64,000 bases of DNA from Auanema rhodensis (lineage: Eukaryota > Animalia > Nematoda): the NCBI GenBank assembly GCA_964057225.1, contig OZ059894.1:9052001-9116000 (forward strand). Reading direction: 5' to 3'. Position 1 is the stretch's first letter; each line of letters starts with the position of its first letter. The position numbers and the translations under genes were made by a program. This document shows positions 42,170 to 54,900 of this stretch, one piece after another. The notes under the pieces are model-generated. The model had not been told where the DNA came from. It saw only the letters and a list, made by a program, of their open reading frames with translations, and made no database searches.

Positions 42170-44485
42170 TCCTCTCTCTCATTCACATCTTTCCTCTTGG
42201 CCAACCTCTGACAAGCATATTCTCTTCATTTCTCCAACTTTTCTCTCTTCATCTTCATTGACTTAATAGACACACATACATGCGCACATTTGCTCGTCTT
42301 GTTCGAATCAACTACTTATGTTCATTGTTCTTCTGCTCAAAACTTCTTGTACTTATTCGTTTTCATGTGTGATTGTCTTGTCTTCAGATCAGTCTAATCT
42401 AGCCATTTGCTTTTCAAACATGTAGAATCTTATCTTCTCACCAGATTGAGAAAACTAGTTTGATTAGTCCTTATTCACAGGATAATTTGGAACCGAAAAA
42501 CTACACAAATTCACTCACAAGACTAACAATCGCCTACAATATTGAAAAAAGTTTCGAAAAGGACATATCTCAGAATTTGTATTTCAAATTAGCACAACTG
42601 TATAACATGATGACAATAGATCTAGAATTACAAGCACTTATCCAAGTGTTAAGTTGAACCGAGTGGATAAGTTTAGATGCTGTAAAGGGTGAATTAGAAA
42701 AAAAGAAGAAAAGTAAGAGGAGAAGTATTGTCATCAGTTACGCGAACATTCTATCCGTGTTCGTTAGATCAATTTCTATATCCCCAAGAAGATTTACTCC
42801 TCACCAAAGCCTCATATTCGTCTTCCTTGAATATATACATAAATCCATCTTTTTTTGTAATTATTGAAGATCTGTTTATGAATTTCCGACGTCTTTGAAA
42901 TATAAAACGAATGAGCTATTTTGATTTCATTGAATTTTATCTATTATTATCTAATTATTCTATTGAATGTTATAAGGTATTGAATGGAAGAGTGAGGTAC
43001 CTTAAATCTCAAAAGCTCGACTCTTCTTTGGTCTTAAAGTGAGAAAATGAAAAAGAGATAGAGAGGAAGGGAGAGGAAAAAGAAGAGAAAGAAGAAGAGA
43101 AACTACGATGCTGGTATGCCGAATGAGCAGAGAAAAAAAGATATAAAGCCTGTGAGCGATAAGCTTTTTTAAAGAAAAGGCAAAGTCTAGACAGCAGCCT
43201 TGCAATGTCGCTGATGATGATGTATGAGCGTATTCGCTAAAGTTAACAGCAAATGAAAAGTAATTTAACGTTATGTTATGAAGAAATGAATCACTTTTCT
43301 AACATGTTTCTCATCTTTCACATGTTTAAAGTGGTTGGTCTAGTCGAATTTTCAATGAGTTCATCCAAATATATTCAGCTGATAGTAGTAGAAGTTGCTG
43401 AGTAATACTCAATTTGCTTATGACCTTTTGTGCTATTGAACTCGACGACCAATAACATAAGTGAGGGGCAAGTGACTAGAACGATAAGCAAAGCTTTAGC
43501 AGATATCTGAAGCATCTCCAGCACAGTGAAACTTGATCAGCTGTGCTCAGGAGAAACTTCAGCCTGCCGTTTATGGAGTCGGGCTATCCTGAAAGAGTAG
43601 GATTTTTCTCGTTCAGCAACATCATTTCAGCTACCACAATTTAAATTTCTTCTTCAAATGCACATGCTCCGAACTATTATCGGCGACACTACAAACGTTT
43701 TTCTGTCTGCTATCCTCTCTCATGGTTCTTCAGCATGGATCCCTTTAGTCCATACATCTGAGATCTACTCAAATATCACACTACTATCGTTTTGAATCTG
43801 CAGCACATCTCATTTGAATTAATGCTTCTAATTCTTCATTGAATTCCGTGCCGACTTTCGTTGTCTTCGTTTCATCTCTTAACTTTCCCTGCTTGCCATG
43901 TACCAACCCAGCATGCAGAGCTTTTTCTATTCAAGACAAATTATCATTTTTACTTCAATTTATTATTTTTCTTGCCATTGAACTATGTATCGCCAAGCTT
44001 AGTACTTGATTTATGAAAATCCTCTGTGACTTCTCAGACATTCTTAGGCGAGAACACGTAAACGGCTTTATTTTTCATCATTTCTCTTATTCTTATTCTT
44101 TTTTTTTCTTCAACATTTTTCCTGTTGATTTTTCTCATCTGAACAAGCAACAGGAACAACTTTGCTATTACCTATTCTTTGCTTTAATTTGTTTTTTTCC
44201 TTCACAACTTTTCAAAGAAAGAGGATATCACTACATACTACAGATGATATCTATATAGCTTGAATTATGATTATACGATTACATTTCGTTAACATATTCT
44301 TTTGAGCGAAATATTTAGTATAACTGAAATCAAATTTTTATTTTATTTAGACTTCAACGCTATTTATGTGTACATATCCATATATTCAAGTATACATCAT
44401 ACCCAATTTCTCTCCCTCTCTTTATCTCTCTCGATTTCTCTCTTTTATATATTTTTTTATTTTGTCACATTTCTCTCTCTCTCTC

Positions 44486-44567
<82 letters not shown>

Positions 44568-47500
44568 TCTCCTTTTTTCAGCCATTGAATAGCTTTAGTA
44601 ACTGATTGAATGACATCATATATTTTTTAATGAGCACTAATTTGTCACAATATACTATATTATACTTGTTACATCACAATGTTTTTAATATTTTCAATTA
44701 ACCTTTAAATATCCGTGAAATATTATGAATGAAAACAATAGCAATAGCTAGTTTTCTTTGATAAATTTGCAATTTATCTAATTTATAAATGTTTGATTTT
44801 GAATTATCAAAAACTTAAATATAAAAACAATTTTATTTTCATGGTATGACGAAAAGCAAATTGTAACATTTTCATATTGTATTGTATTCAATCAGATTAT
44901 TTTCTAAATTATACATTCATAGCATGAATGCAAAAACTTATAAGTTATATAATTAGATTTAAAAGATTCATTTCTCTCGCAAAATCGCTGTTTATCTCTG
45001 TCTAACAGTTATGTAGTTCGGATTGAGATATAGAGTGTATGAGTTAGCTTATGAGTAAGTAAGAAATCCTAGGAGAACAAGAGAAAGGGAAAAATAGAGA
45101 GAGGGGGGATATAGAAAAAGTAGAAAGGATAGAGAGAATGACAAGGAGAAAGAAACATCTCATTTTTCTCTTCGATATATCAAAAACTATTTGACTATGT
45201 CAGTAATACGTTATTTGTTGGTCCACATATAGATGCATTGAACCCCCTAGTCTAGTAATGTGTCAGCGTAACTCGTCGTTTCAACCTATACCAGCATATT
45301 CTCCTTAAAAAGCTTTGTTATGTCACTTTCACATCTGTGCACTTTTTGACAGATTTGTCATTTGCAATCAGTTATTGCTTCTTCCGCTTTTGGGTCACTC
45401 ATTTTTACAAGATTTAGGATATAGCCTAAAGAACTTGAAAACATTGAATTTCCTCCAGAATTTTTTTTTCAAATTTTTTTAAATCCAAAATTCGTTTTTC
45501 GTCTTTTTATGTCTGTTTCTCTTTACTTCTTCCCACTCCTCCTCCTCCTCCTCTTCACCTTCTACCCTCTTTCTCGCCCTCTCTCTTTCTCTTCTCTGAA
45601 GGCAGCCTTCTGTTTTCAGAATTATAATAATCAGTTGGTTTTGAGAAAAAACTACGAAAGAACATCGACACACGAAAATTGAAACTTATGCTGCAGAGTT
45701 GCATCAGCTGTTTGTAAAATTCGGAAATGAAGCTTCTGCTTTGAGTACAAAAATCTTTTAGAACATCGAAAGAACGAAGAAAATTTCATTCAGTCAGAGC
45801 TACGAATTAATCAACGACCTTTTTGTCAACAAAACATTCCTTTTAGGATAATTCTGTTAGTAAAATCTATAGAAATACAGAGTTTAGTCATGCACCTTCT
45901 TCAACCCACCCTTACATCTATTGAACATAAATTCAACAACCCATTCTCATGTGATTTACATTTTCAGTTAAACTCAAGTCAAGTTGAACAAAAGCTTGAA
46001 TCTGTAAACAGTTGCTCTTTTGATGTCAAGACACAAAAAATGCCGGCTATCATAAGAAAGATGCATCACAAACGTTAATATTCGTTATACATTGTTGTTC
46101 TTTGACTTGCATTGAAATATTATTTCTTTCGGCACATCATCATCTCTTCAGTCATGTGAGCATCTCATTTGAGTAAAGCTTCAAGAAATCGTCAAAGAAA
46201 TATCTTTTAATGAAATTAGGATTCTGTGTTTCTTTGGACGAAGACGACGCACGAGCGGCAAACGAATAATGGAGAAAAAAGTAACAAGCACGCATGGTGA
46301 CCAAACTATAAAATTAAAGAGATGAAGAAAAAAAAAGAAGAATATACACAAATAGTCTTCGTTCTTATGTCACAAACATCAAAAGCTTTTGACTTTTCTC
46401 TCATAATTATGTGCAGGAACTGTTCTTCAGCACATAGGCTTTCTCTCCTCCAAAGCGAAGATAATCTAAGTGATGCTGCTGTTGTTGCAAGACAAGCTAG
46501 CTAGAAATACGGGAACACGAATGAGATTCGGATGTTACCGTGCTGCAGCAATAGTATGCTGCTATGCTTATAAGCTTTTTCTCTCTCTGCCTTTCAAGTG
46601 TGAGCCAGCTTTCAGTTTTTGTGCCCCGGAAAAGGCCCAGGAAGCGTTATCCATATATAGAAATGTTGTTTATCCCTTTTCTATATCATAACTGAAGAAA
46701 GTTATACCTACATACATGTATAAGTATCTATTCAGATCTATATAGTATGTTCCACATCGTATATTTTCGTAACTTAAATAATTTTTTTCCACAATTCATA
46801 TAAAACAGTTTTTCAATCACTCAGTTTTCTTTTATTCTCAGATATTCTCTGACAATATTTTTGATTGAAAAGTAGTAAATCTAGCTGCAAATCCGAAAAA
46901 AAACTTTTAAATATTAAAAATTATATGTTTATTTACAAGATATTGCAAGAATTCATATGAAATCTAGCAAAACTGTGCTGGGAAACGACGCGATGACAAC
47001 TTGTCGTCGTCATATCGCCGATTATTCAGCAGAAAAATCACTATCTGATAGGATGAGCATATTTTCAAGTGTAAACGTTGAAAGAGATAGATAGATAGAA
47101 AAAGAGAACAATAGAGAGAGAAAAAGATATATAGAGAGGGAGTTGTTCAATCTCAACGGATCGTCTTTGTGGCCTTCCGTGTTTAGACTAGCGGAGCTCG
47201 CCGCTATGAGGGAACAAAAATTTTCTACACAAAACCCAAAAATTCAAGAAGACAGAAGCGAATGGCAAGAAGCCAAAGACAGAAGACGAGAGACAAAACG
47301 CCTACCTAGCAGTATCTCTTTGAATTTTTACAGGAAGTGTAATTTCCAATTCTATAATACTCAATGCTCTACCTCTTCAAAAGGCCAAGAGGCTCAAACG
47401 TTTTCGTGTCAGCCAAGATAATTTATGTATTTATATCTCAACGTTTCATCTTTTTTTATTTTATTTTGTTTCACTTTTCCTTAGAATCTACATACATCTA

Positions 47501-50500
47501 TCTCTATTCTACATCATTATCAACATTATGATTTTTGCTTCTTCACTTATCAATATCAATATCTGCTGAATGTTAAGTAAGTAATCTCAACTCACCGAAA
47601 GTAGGCGGAACGCGAGGATTGATCCTATTCTATTTCAAAACGTCAAATATCCAACACTCATCCTCATTTGCCATTTTTGCATCACGATCACGAGTTTGTC
47701 TGATTTTGAAAATGTGAGGCAAGTCCCGGCTATTTCAGTCTCATTAACTTTAGTTTTTCGTTTTCCAAATAACACAACGAAAATTTTTTCGTCTCAAGCC
47801 AAAATGACTATGAAATTAAATCATCACAAAAGTTTTTGGTACATATTGCCTACCACCACCTTCGAAATACATGTATCAAATGTTTCTTCTTTTTCGAGTT
47901 TGTGTTTTGAAACAACAAAACTTTTTTATAGCACCTTTGAGATTCAAAAAATATATTTATGGCAAAACTATATATAAATATTATATAATTCAACATTTAG
48001 TACCATTTATAATTATTTTTTATAGAAGCTATATGTGCATGAAACAGCTTAATTAAGTGAAATATATGTAAGTATCTCACTTTCAGAAAAGAGACTTGAT
48101 GGGAAATGTCAAAACGTATTTCTAATTGCACTTAGAATTCAAATCATCAGCTGAGCAACTTAATTATTTTGCCCACGTTCAAGTTCAACACTCGTTACTC
48201 AAAAACAGTATGATCTTAGAAAAAGTGTGATCAAATGAGATTTTCCGAATTACTTTCTCAATCGAGTTCATCGAATACTGTGCTCTCTCTCTCTTTCTCT
48301 CTCTGGCTCTTTTGACTGAAAAAATCAAACTATTTACTTTTTTTTTCTTCTATGCTGTTTTCTCCTTTCAATATTTATGTTTTTACTCACATCACTTTTT
48401 CTTTTTGCGTGTTGACTCATGTTCAAAGCTATCTTCGGAATTTTTTCTACTTCTTCTAGTATTCTCAATTTTTTCTTAATTATTTATTAATTTTTATTTA
48501 TTTTAACAAAAAAAAAAGAATATTTTTCATATTCTCTTAAATTTCAAATAACGGCATAAAATAACTGATTTATGCTAAGCCTACAAGCGTCGTAGATTAG
48601 GCTTGACGTTCAATTGTACGTGAACGTGCACGTGGACGCACATTTTTCATTTTAATATAACTAGACAGCGAAGATCGGTTGCATATTTATATTAGAATTA
48701 GTTAGTTGAACACATATAGTCATTGGTATGTGTTGTTATGCTTATATCCTTTTCTATATCTTTAAAAATCATTTATTGTTTCACTTGTTCTATGATTAGC
48801 ACTTTAATAACTGCGGTGGTTTTTCGAAAAGTTGCAGCTGCTCCCTTAAATTCACACAATAAATAGAATTTCAGTAGCAGAGTACACGGAGAACAAAAAA
48901 ATGAATTTAATCGGCAATCAAGTATGGACATTGTGAAATAGCTTTCAATTTTCAAGATAAATATTTTTCATCTATCCACCTCGTTTATTCTTGAAAATAT
49001 TGAAATTAGAGGTTAGAACGGGAAAGGCAGACTACTTTATGATTTGAAAATAATGAGTATTAATGTCTTATATTAATAATAATTTATTTGAAATGATATA
49101 AATCACTTAAATCATCTAAAATCCCTGATGATTAGTGGCTTCATTCAACGGTTTATTGCAGCCTTTTGCCATTTTCGTATTATTCTCTCTCTTTGTTTCA
49201 ATTTTATTTCAAAAATAAACAATTTCTCAGCTCTTCGCTGTATGTGATCGTGTTCAGAAATGAATTTAATCCAATATATCGAAACTATTTTTAAGTTTTA
49301 TTGCTCTCTGTTCCTTCTTTTTGGCATCATCACCACATGACCGCTCAAAGTTTCCGTCATCAGGCCACCCACAATGCTTTAATCTTGATCGAAAACCATT
49401 GCAAAAATTTATGAAGCATTTCATTTTATTTTCGAACTTTTACCTTTTTTAGCTTATATAAAATGAAATTGTTGACACAGCATAGAGTTGGCACTTTTCG
49501 AAAACGCTTTCAACGATAAACCAAAAATCCTCCGAAAAATTTCTCAAATTTCGTCAAATCTTTTCAATAGAAAATGTGCTTCACTTCACGAGCCATGTTC
49601 CCAGGTATCTCAGAACATAATAAACATTTCTATTTTATTATTTTAAAGGAATTGGATCATTAATAAGACTTATCTCGATAAGCTATTTGAACTTGAATGT
49701 CCTTTTCAGGATTCCAAAGTTCATTCATAACTAAGCGCAAAGCGAAAGCCATTGTTGCTAACTTTGAGGCGAAAAAATAAAATTCAAATTAATTGTAGCA
49801 TAATATAAATATTAAATGCTAATTATATTATCAATTATAAAAGTTATAGTATATTGAAAATAAAATAAGTCATTTCATGTTTTAACGCTGTTTGGCAAAT
49901 AAATTCAGAATACTATCTCGGAGTATTTCCTTTTTACAGCTATTTTTTTCTATTTCCCAAGGTGGCGATTTTACGTGTTACTTTCATGATCAATAGATTT
50001 GTTTTATTGATAAACATGATTTGAATCTAGGAGTTCATAAAACAGGAATATCCGTTTGTTTTCGTGAATGCTTAACGTAGCAAGCTTCAGTTTGATGAGA
50101 TTGACCTAATAGCCTGAAAATTACAAGTTCAGATTTACTCTGCTTCCCTCTTCAAGCGTTATTTGCCAGTTTCTATTAGTGTTGTCCTCATTATTTCAAT
50201 TACTCAAGTGACAAACTTCAATTAATACAGTGTCTCATTCAAATATTATTCACTTCACACATATACATAGATGTATGTAGAGATTTAGGTATTTTTAAGC
50301 CTTGCTAGCTATTTGTAAACAAATGCCCTAAGGGGAGTTCTCTATTATGATCTCATCACATCACTTTGAAAAAAATTTTCTTTTCTAAAATGTAATACGC
50401 TGCAAGTTTGATATGCATAAAGACGGTACCGGAAAAATTATAATGTTTAGTATTGGAAAGACGATCGTCATAGTCAGTCAGCTTTGAAAAGATATCAGAA

Positions 50501-51908
50501 TTGAAAGTCACATTTCCATCCAGTTTCCGTTATAGCTCCGGTTATATGATATGAAATGATGTGCTCATACGCATATACACACATATATGTATATGAATGT
50601 AAATGTATGATGATATCTAATCGTGCTTGTTATCACAATATTTCGACAGACTCACAGAAAGCCAAAAGATATTTCCTACTTCATCTCATAGCCTACTCCC
50701 AGCCAACCGATATTGTATCAGAAGCAGGGATCAGATTGCTGTACATAGCATAACTATTTATATCAAACTGGCTTTTACATACTTGCAGCCGTTGTTGTGC
50801 CGCAACTTGTCTCACCGAGCAACCCGATACGTAGACCGAATTTCAGTACGTCTTAGACCTTTTTTTAGAAACACGTAATGTATACTTTTTTCACTTTTAC
50901 GTCACTTTTTCACACAACAATGATTTTTTTATGATTTGTTTCTTGAAACTGTCAACTATTTGATAGTTTCAGGGCATTTCTTTTTCTTTTTTTTTCTTCC
51001 ACTTCTCTTTGGGAGTATCCCTATTCCTAAACTTGGATTTTGAATACAATAATGATTTTCTTACGGAGTTCAAAGATAAAGGGGATTTACGTAAAACTCA
51101 TAGATTAATGCACTCTCATACTCCATATTTAACTTTTTTCAAACCAAAAGTTCAGAAAAACTCACAAAACCTCATAAAATGCTTGAAAAATTATGTCTTT
51201 AGTTATGAGGAAGAGAGAAGATTAGTACATTTGTGCCACAAAAAAGATTAAATCACAAAAGAGAATGAAAAACAGAGCACAAAGGAAGGAAAGATGATAC
51301 TAGCAAAGGTTAAATAGTTTGTTGATGATGCCATCGCTCCGGAAGTTACTATTTCATCTGAGAAGTCACATTCTGTTTTCTGTTTGAATTCAATGTTCAC
51401 ATACCTTTTCTTTTTGACATTTTTCAAGATTACCTATTCTCACCCACCACACACCCTTTTACTCTGTTTTCTTCAACCTAAGTTTCAATGTTCTATTTGG
51501 TTCACATAGGTTTTTTTCTGTTTTCATTTATTAATCTGATTCAAATAAACGGAATTTTACAATGTAGAGGGTGGTAGTTACGAATACATAAAAAATTCAG
51601 TAGCACGTATTCTGAGACAAGACTAGAGTGCTTGTTCTTTGTTTTCTCAGTAAGCTGAGGTAGAAGATTTTTGTCGTATAATTTTCCCATTCATGTCCTC
51701 TCTGTACCATATTTGTCTTCGATGTCCCGTATCTGTTAATGCTTTGCCCTCAATGCTGGTTCATCTTTCCTCTCTTGGGCTCTCGCTTTCACATTTCCTA
51801 CTTGTTTCATTTACATCGTCTACTCTTTTCCTTTGCTTTCTTCATCTCTCTTTCTCTTCTTTTCTCATTATCGTTTCCTCTCAATTTATCGTTTTTCTCA
51901 TGTTTTGT

Positions 51909-51939
<31 letters not shown>

Positions 51940-54900
51940 TATCATTTTCTCCCAATTGTTCCAGAAATCATTTTCTTGGCATAGCTAACCTATAGGTAGA
52001 TATGAAGGAAATTCTCCAATTTCTTTATTGACAATATGAATATTAGAGTTTTCTACTGCCAACTGACACAACCAAATGAAATAGAGAGGCTAGTTTTGAA
52101 AAATCTATTCACACCCTTCATTTCGTGTATATAAGCGAGCAGAGTTTCAAGTCACAATGATGAAAATGGAAAAATAGACGAAAGTTTTCACATGTGTTTA
52201 TGTATGTGTAAGTGATAATGAAGAGTGAAATCATTGAAAATAGAATTTCGGGGAGGGGAACGGAAGACAGATGATGAAGAATATATAAGAAGTAACGAAC
52301 ATGCTCCCAACATCCGAATAATATCTTAAGGTTTTATATGTTTCTGACAAGAGTGCAAAACAATCGTCGCACATATTAAGGTAGACTCTGCTGTATTTCA
52401 CAGATTACGTAGAGTTCAAAACAGAACAGAAACTGTCTGAAATGAGAAGAAAAAAGTCGTTTTTCTTCTTATTTCTGAGGACAACTTTCTGCATAATTCT
52501 CACCTGACGGGTATTCTTTTAAAATGTTTTTCTCATTTTTTTTTCATTAACTGTTTGGAATACCTTTTTACTAACTCTTTGCTCTTCCTTCCTCTTAATC
52601 GGAAACTGAATCCACTTTCTCAAAATTCATCTTCGAGCAATTCACGTAAAAACAACTCTTATATCTTCTAGTAGACGATTTTTTTTATTTTCTGCTATAC
52701 TACTTACTGGAGTAGCTTTTGAGATTTGTTATACTAGCCACATCACGCTTCTCTACTCGTCGTAACAAACATTACTTCTCATTTTTATAGTTTCATCGAG
52801 AGCAAAACTTTAAATTTCGAAAAATAAAAAAAGTAATCAGAATCAGGCGTCTGTTTTCTTTGAACTTTTTTACATCAGTGCTCGAACTGTCTCTCCTACG
52901 TTTTTCGTTTGAAGATATTAAGCTTCTGCTAGTAATTCAGTTATATCTTCTTCTGCCTTGCAAGGATATAAAATGAAATTTGTCTTTTTCGCTTTTTCTC
53001 GTGGATTTTTATTCAAAAAAAAAGTGAGATATGTGTTAAGAGCATAATATAAAGTTCTAATATTATGAAGATAATGCTGGAAAGTCTGCAAAAGCGTTAC
53101 TAACAATACTTCCAGCATTCTATTATTATCCGCATAGACTACATGCTGCTATAATTGGTCAAATCGAAGCGCATTACCGATGTCTGGCTACTTGCAAACT
53201 GAAGATGTTGAATAACCATTTAAAACTCTCAGCTCATAAAGCTTCAAAAAGTTAAAGAACAGCAGTTTTCTCTATATTTAACTTGCTTTTTGACATCATG
53301 TACTTCTAAGCTATTTGTTTGCAATGGATAAGAAATGAGAAGTTGAGTTCAGAAGTTTCAAATCGCCGTTAAGCACATAGCAGACTTCAATCATCTTTCC
53401 TTCTTGCGTTTGCCCAGTCAACTAACTTCCCAGATGGCCTTTCCCACCTTTTTCTCTCATCATCTTTTTCATGTTCTCTTTAACTTCACATATATTGGGC
53501 TGTCTCTCGCAAGTCTCTAATAGATCTCTGAGATATCAAACTCTCTCTTTCTCCGCTCCCCCCACATGAACCCTCCCTCAATACCGCCATTTCTACATTT
53601 GTTGCTATTGTTTTTCGATCTTTGAGTCTATTACGATTGAACTTTCCTGAATCTTTTAAAAAGTAATTCGACCCATCAGCTTCAAAATGAAATTTCCCAA
53701 TTTAAATGAGGAACAACAGTTTTCAATGTTGTAAACTAGAAAAAGCTTCATAGACTTCGTCGGCAATCGCATCTCTGCTCATTCGCAACCTCTTATTCCC
53801 GTTGTCTTCTGTCCAGCTCTCATGAATAATTTATTGTCTTCAACGCTGAACACCACAAAAACTTTGTGCCACATCAGAAGGCATTCAAGTTGATCATTTC
53901 TGATCGTCAACTGTTGTGTTGTGCATTCTTTATTCACTATTCGAAACAGTCTCCTCGATTGAATTTCAAAACATTTTACTCCAAAATATTCACCAAATTA
54001 CCTCATGTTTGTCTACTTCATACTCTTACTATACACATATTATGCTTATGTCTGTATCATGCCCACATCAACAATTGTTTCCAGTCTCTATAGTCTAAAT
54101 CGAACCAGAGTTATCAGGCAATTATTTTGGATTATTTTGAAATGTCGTCGTTAGAATATAACTAAAATGTTCGTTTTCTTTTACATCTTTTGACAGTTGT
54201 AGCATTTTAATATTTTATTTGAAGAATATGAAGCCGGGATATATATTTATTATAGAAGATGTTCGATGTTCTATAGAAATATGTATATATAACTAGATAT
54301 GTAGCTATATTGCTATTATTAGTCGACAATTCAATGATTTTTCACTCAAATTTTATACATTATTTCCTAACATGCATATAATATATATATTGTTTATAGT
54401 TCATTGTATGGGAGATTGAAAAACCAGCATTGTCTCTCCTTTTAATCACACAAAACCATAATATGCTTACTTGCGTACTTTTTATAGTTTCTCTGATTTT
54501 GTTGTGAAAATCCAAAGTTGTTAGTAATGCGATGAGATGAGATGAGAAGTTGCATCGTGATTGAGCAGCTAGTTCGTTTGTGTTTCATTTCACTTCCCCC
54601 ATTCATAACTCAGACCGATATCCGGCAAGCTATAACAATACGTAGCTGGATTAACGAGACAGTCTTAGCTCTGACCCTGGAATGCGTGATGATTCATTGT
54701 GCTTTCACAGCCAGCATCATGATGACAGTCGTTCGGTCTTTTGTCTTATCCCAACGTTCTCTTACACTCATCTCGCAACCATCACAGTATTTCGCTTATT
54801 TTCGGACATATCTACGTCGTTTATCCGTATGTGAGTTCTAACGAAAGTTGTTTGCGCGTCATCATCAAATCTTGTGCATTTATCACAAAAAGGTTTGTGA

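Noticed and set aside
2726-52000. Many SLSLSL/RERERE/YIYIYI ORFs (e.g. 2726, 9870, 15254, 24191, 29807, 44302, 51693)
   Set aside because: They are translations of (CT)n/(GA)n/(TA)n microsatellites.
54542-54841. 99-aa ORF with a gtgagt donor upstream of glb-33
   Set aside because: It is not needed for a full-length GLB-33 and has no family features. At most it is an unverified 5' UTR exon.
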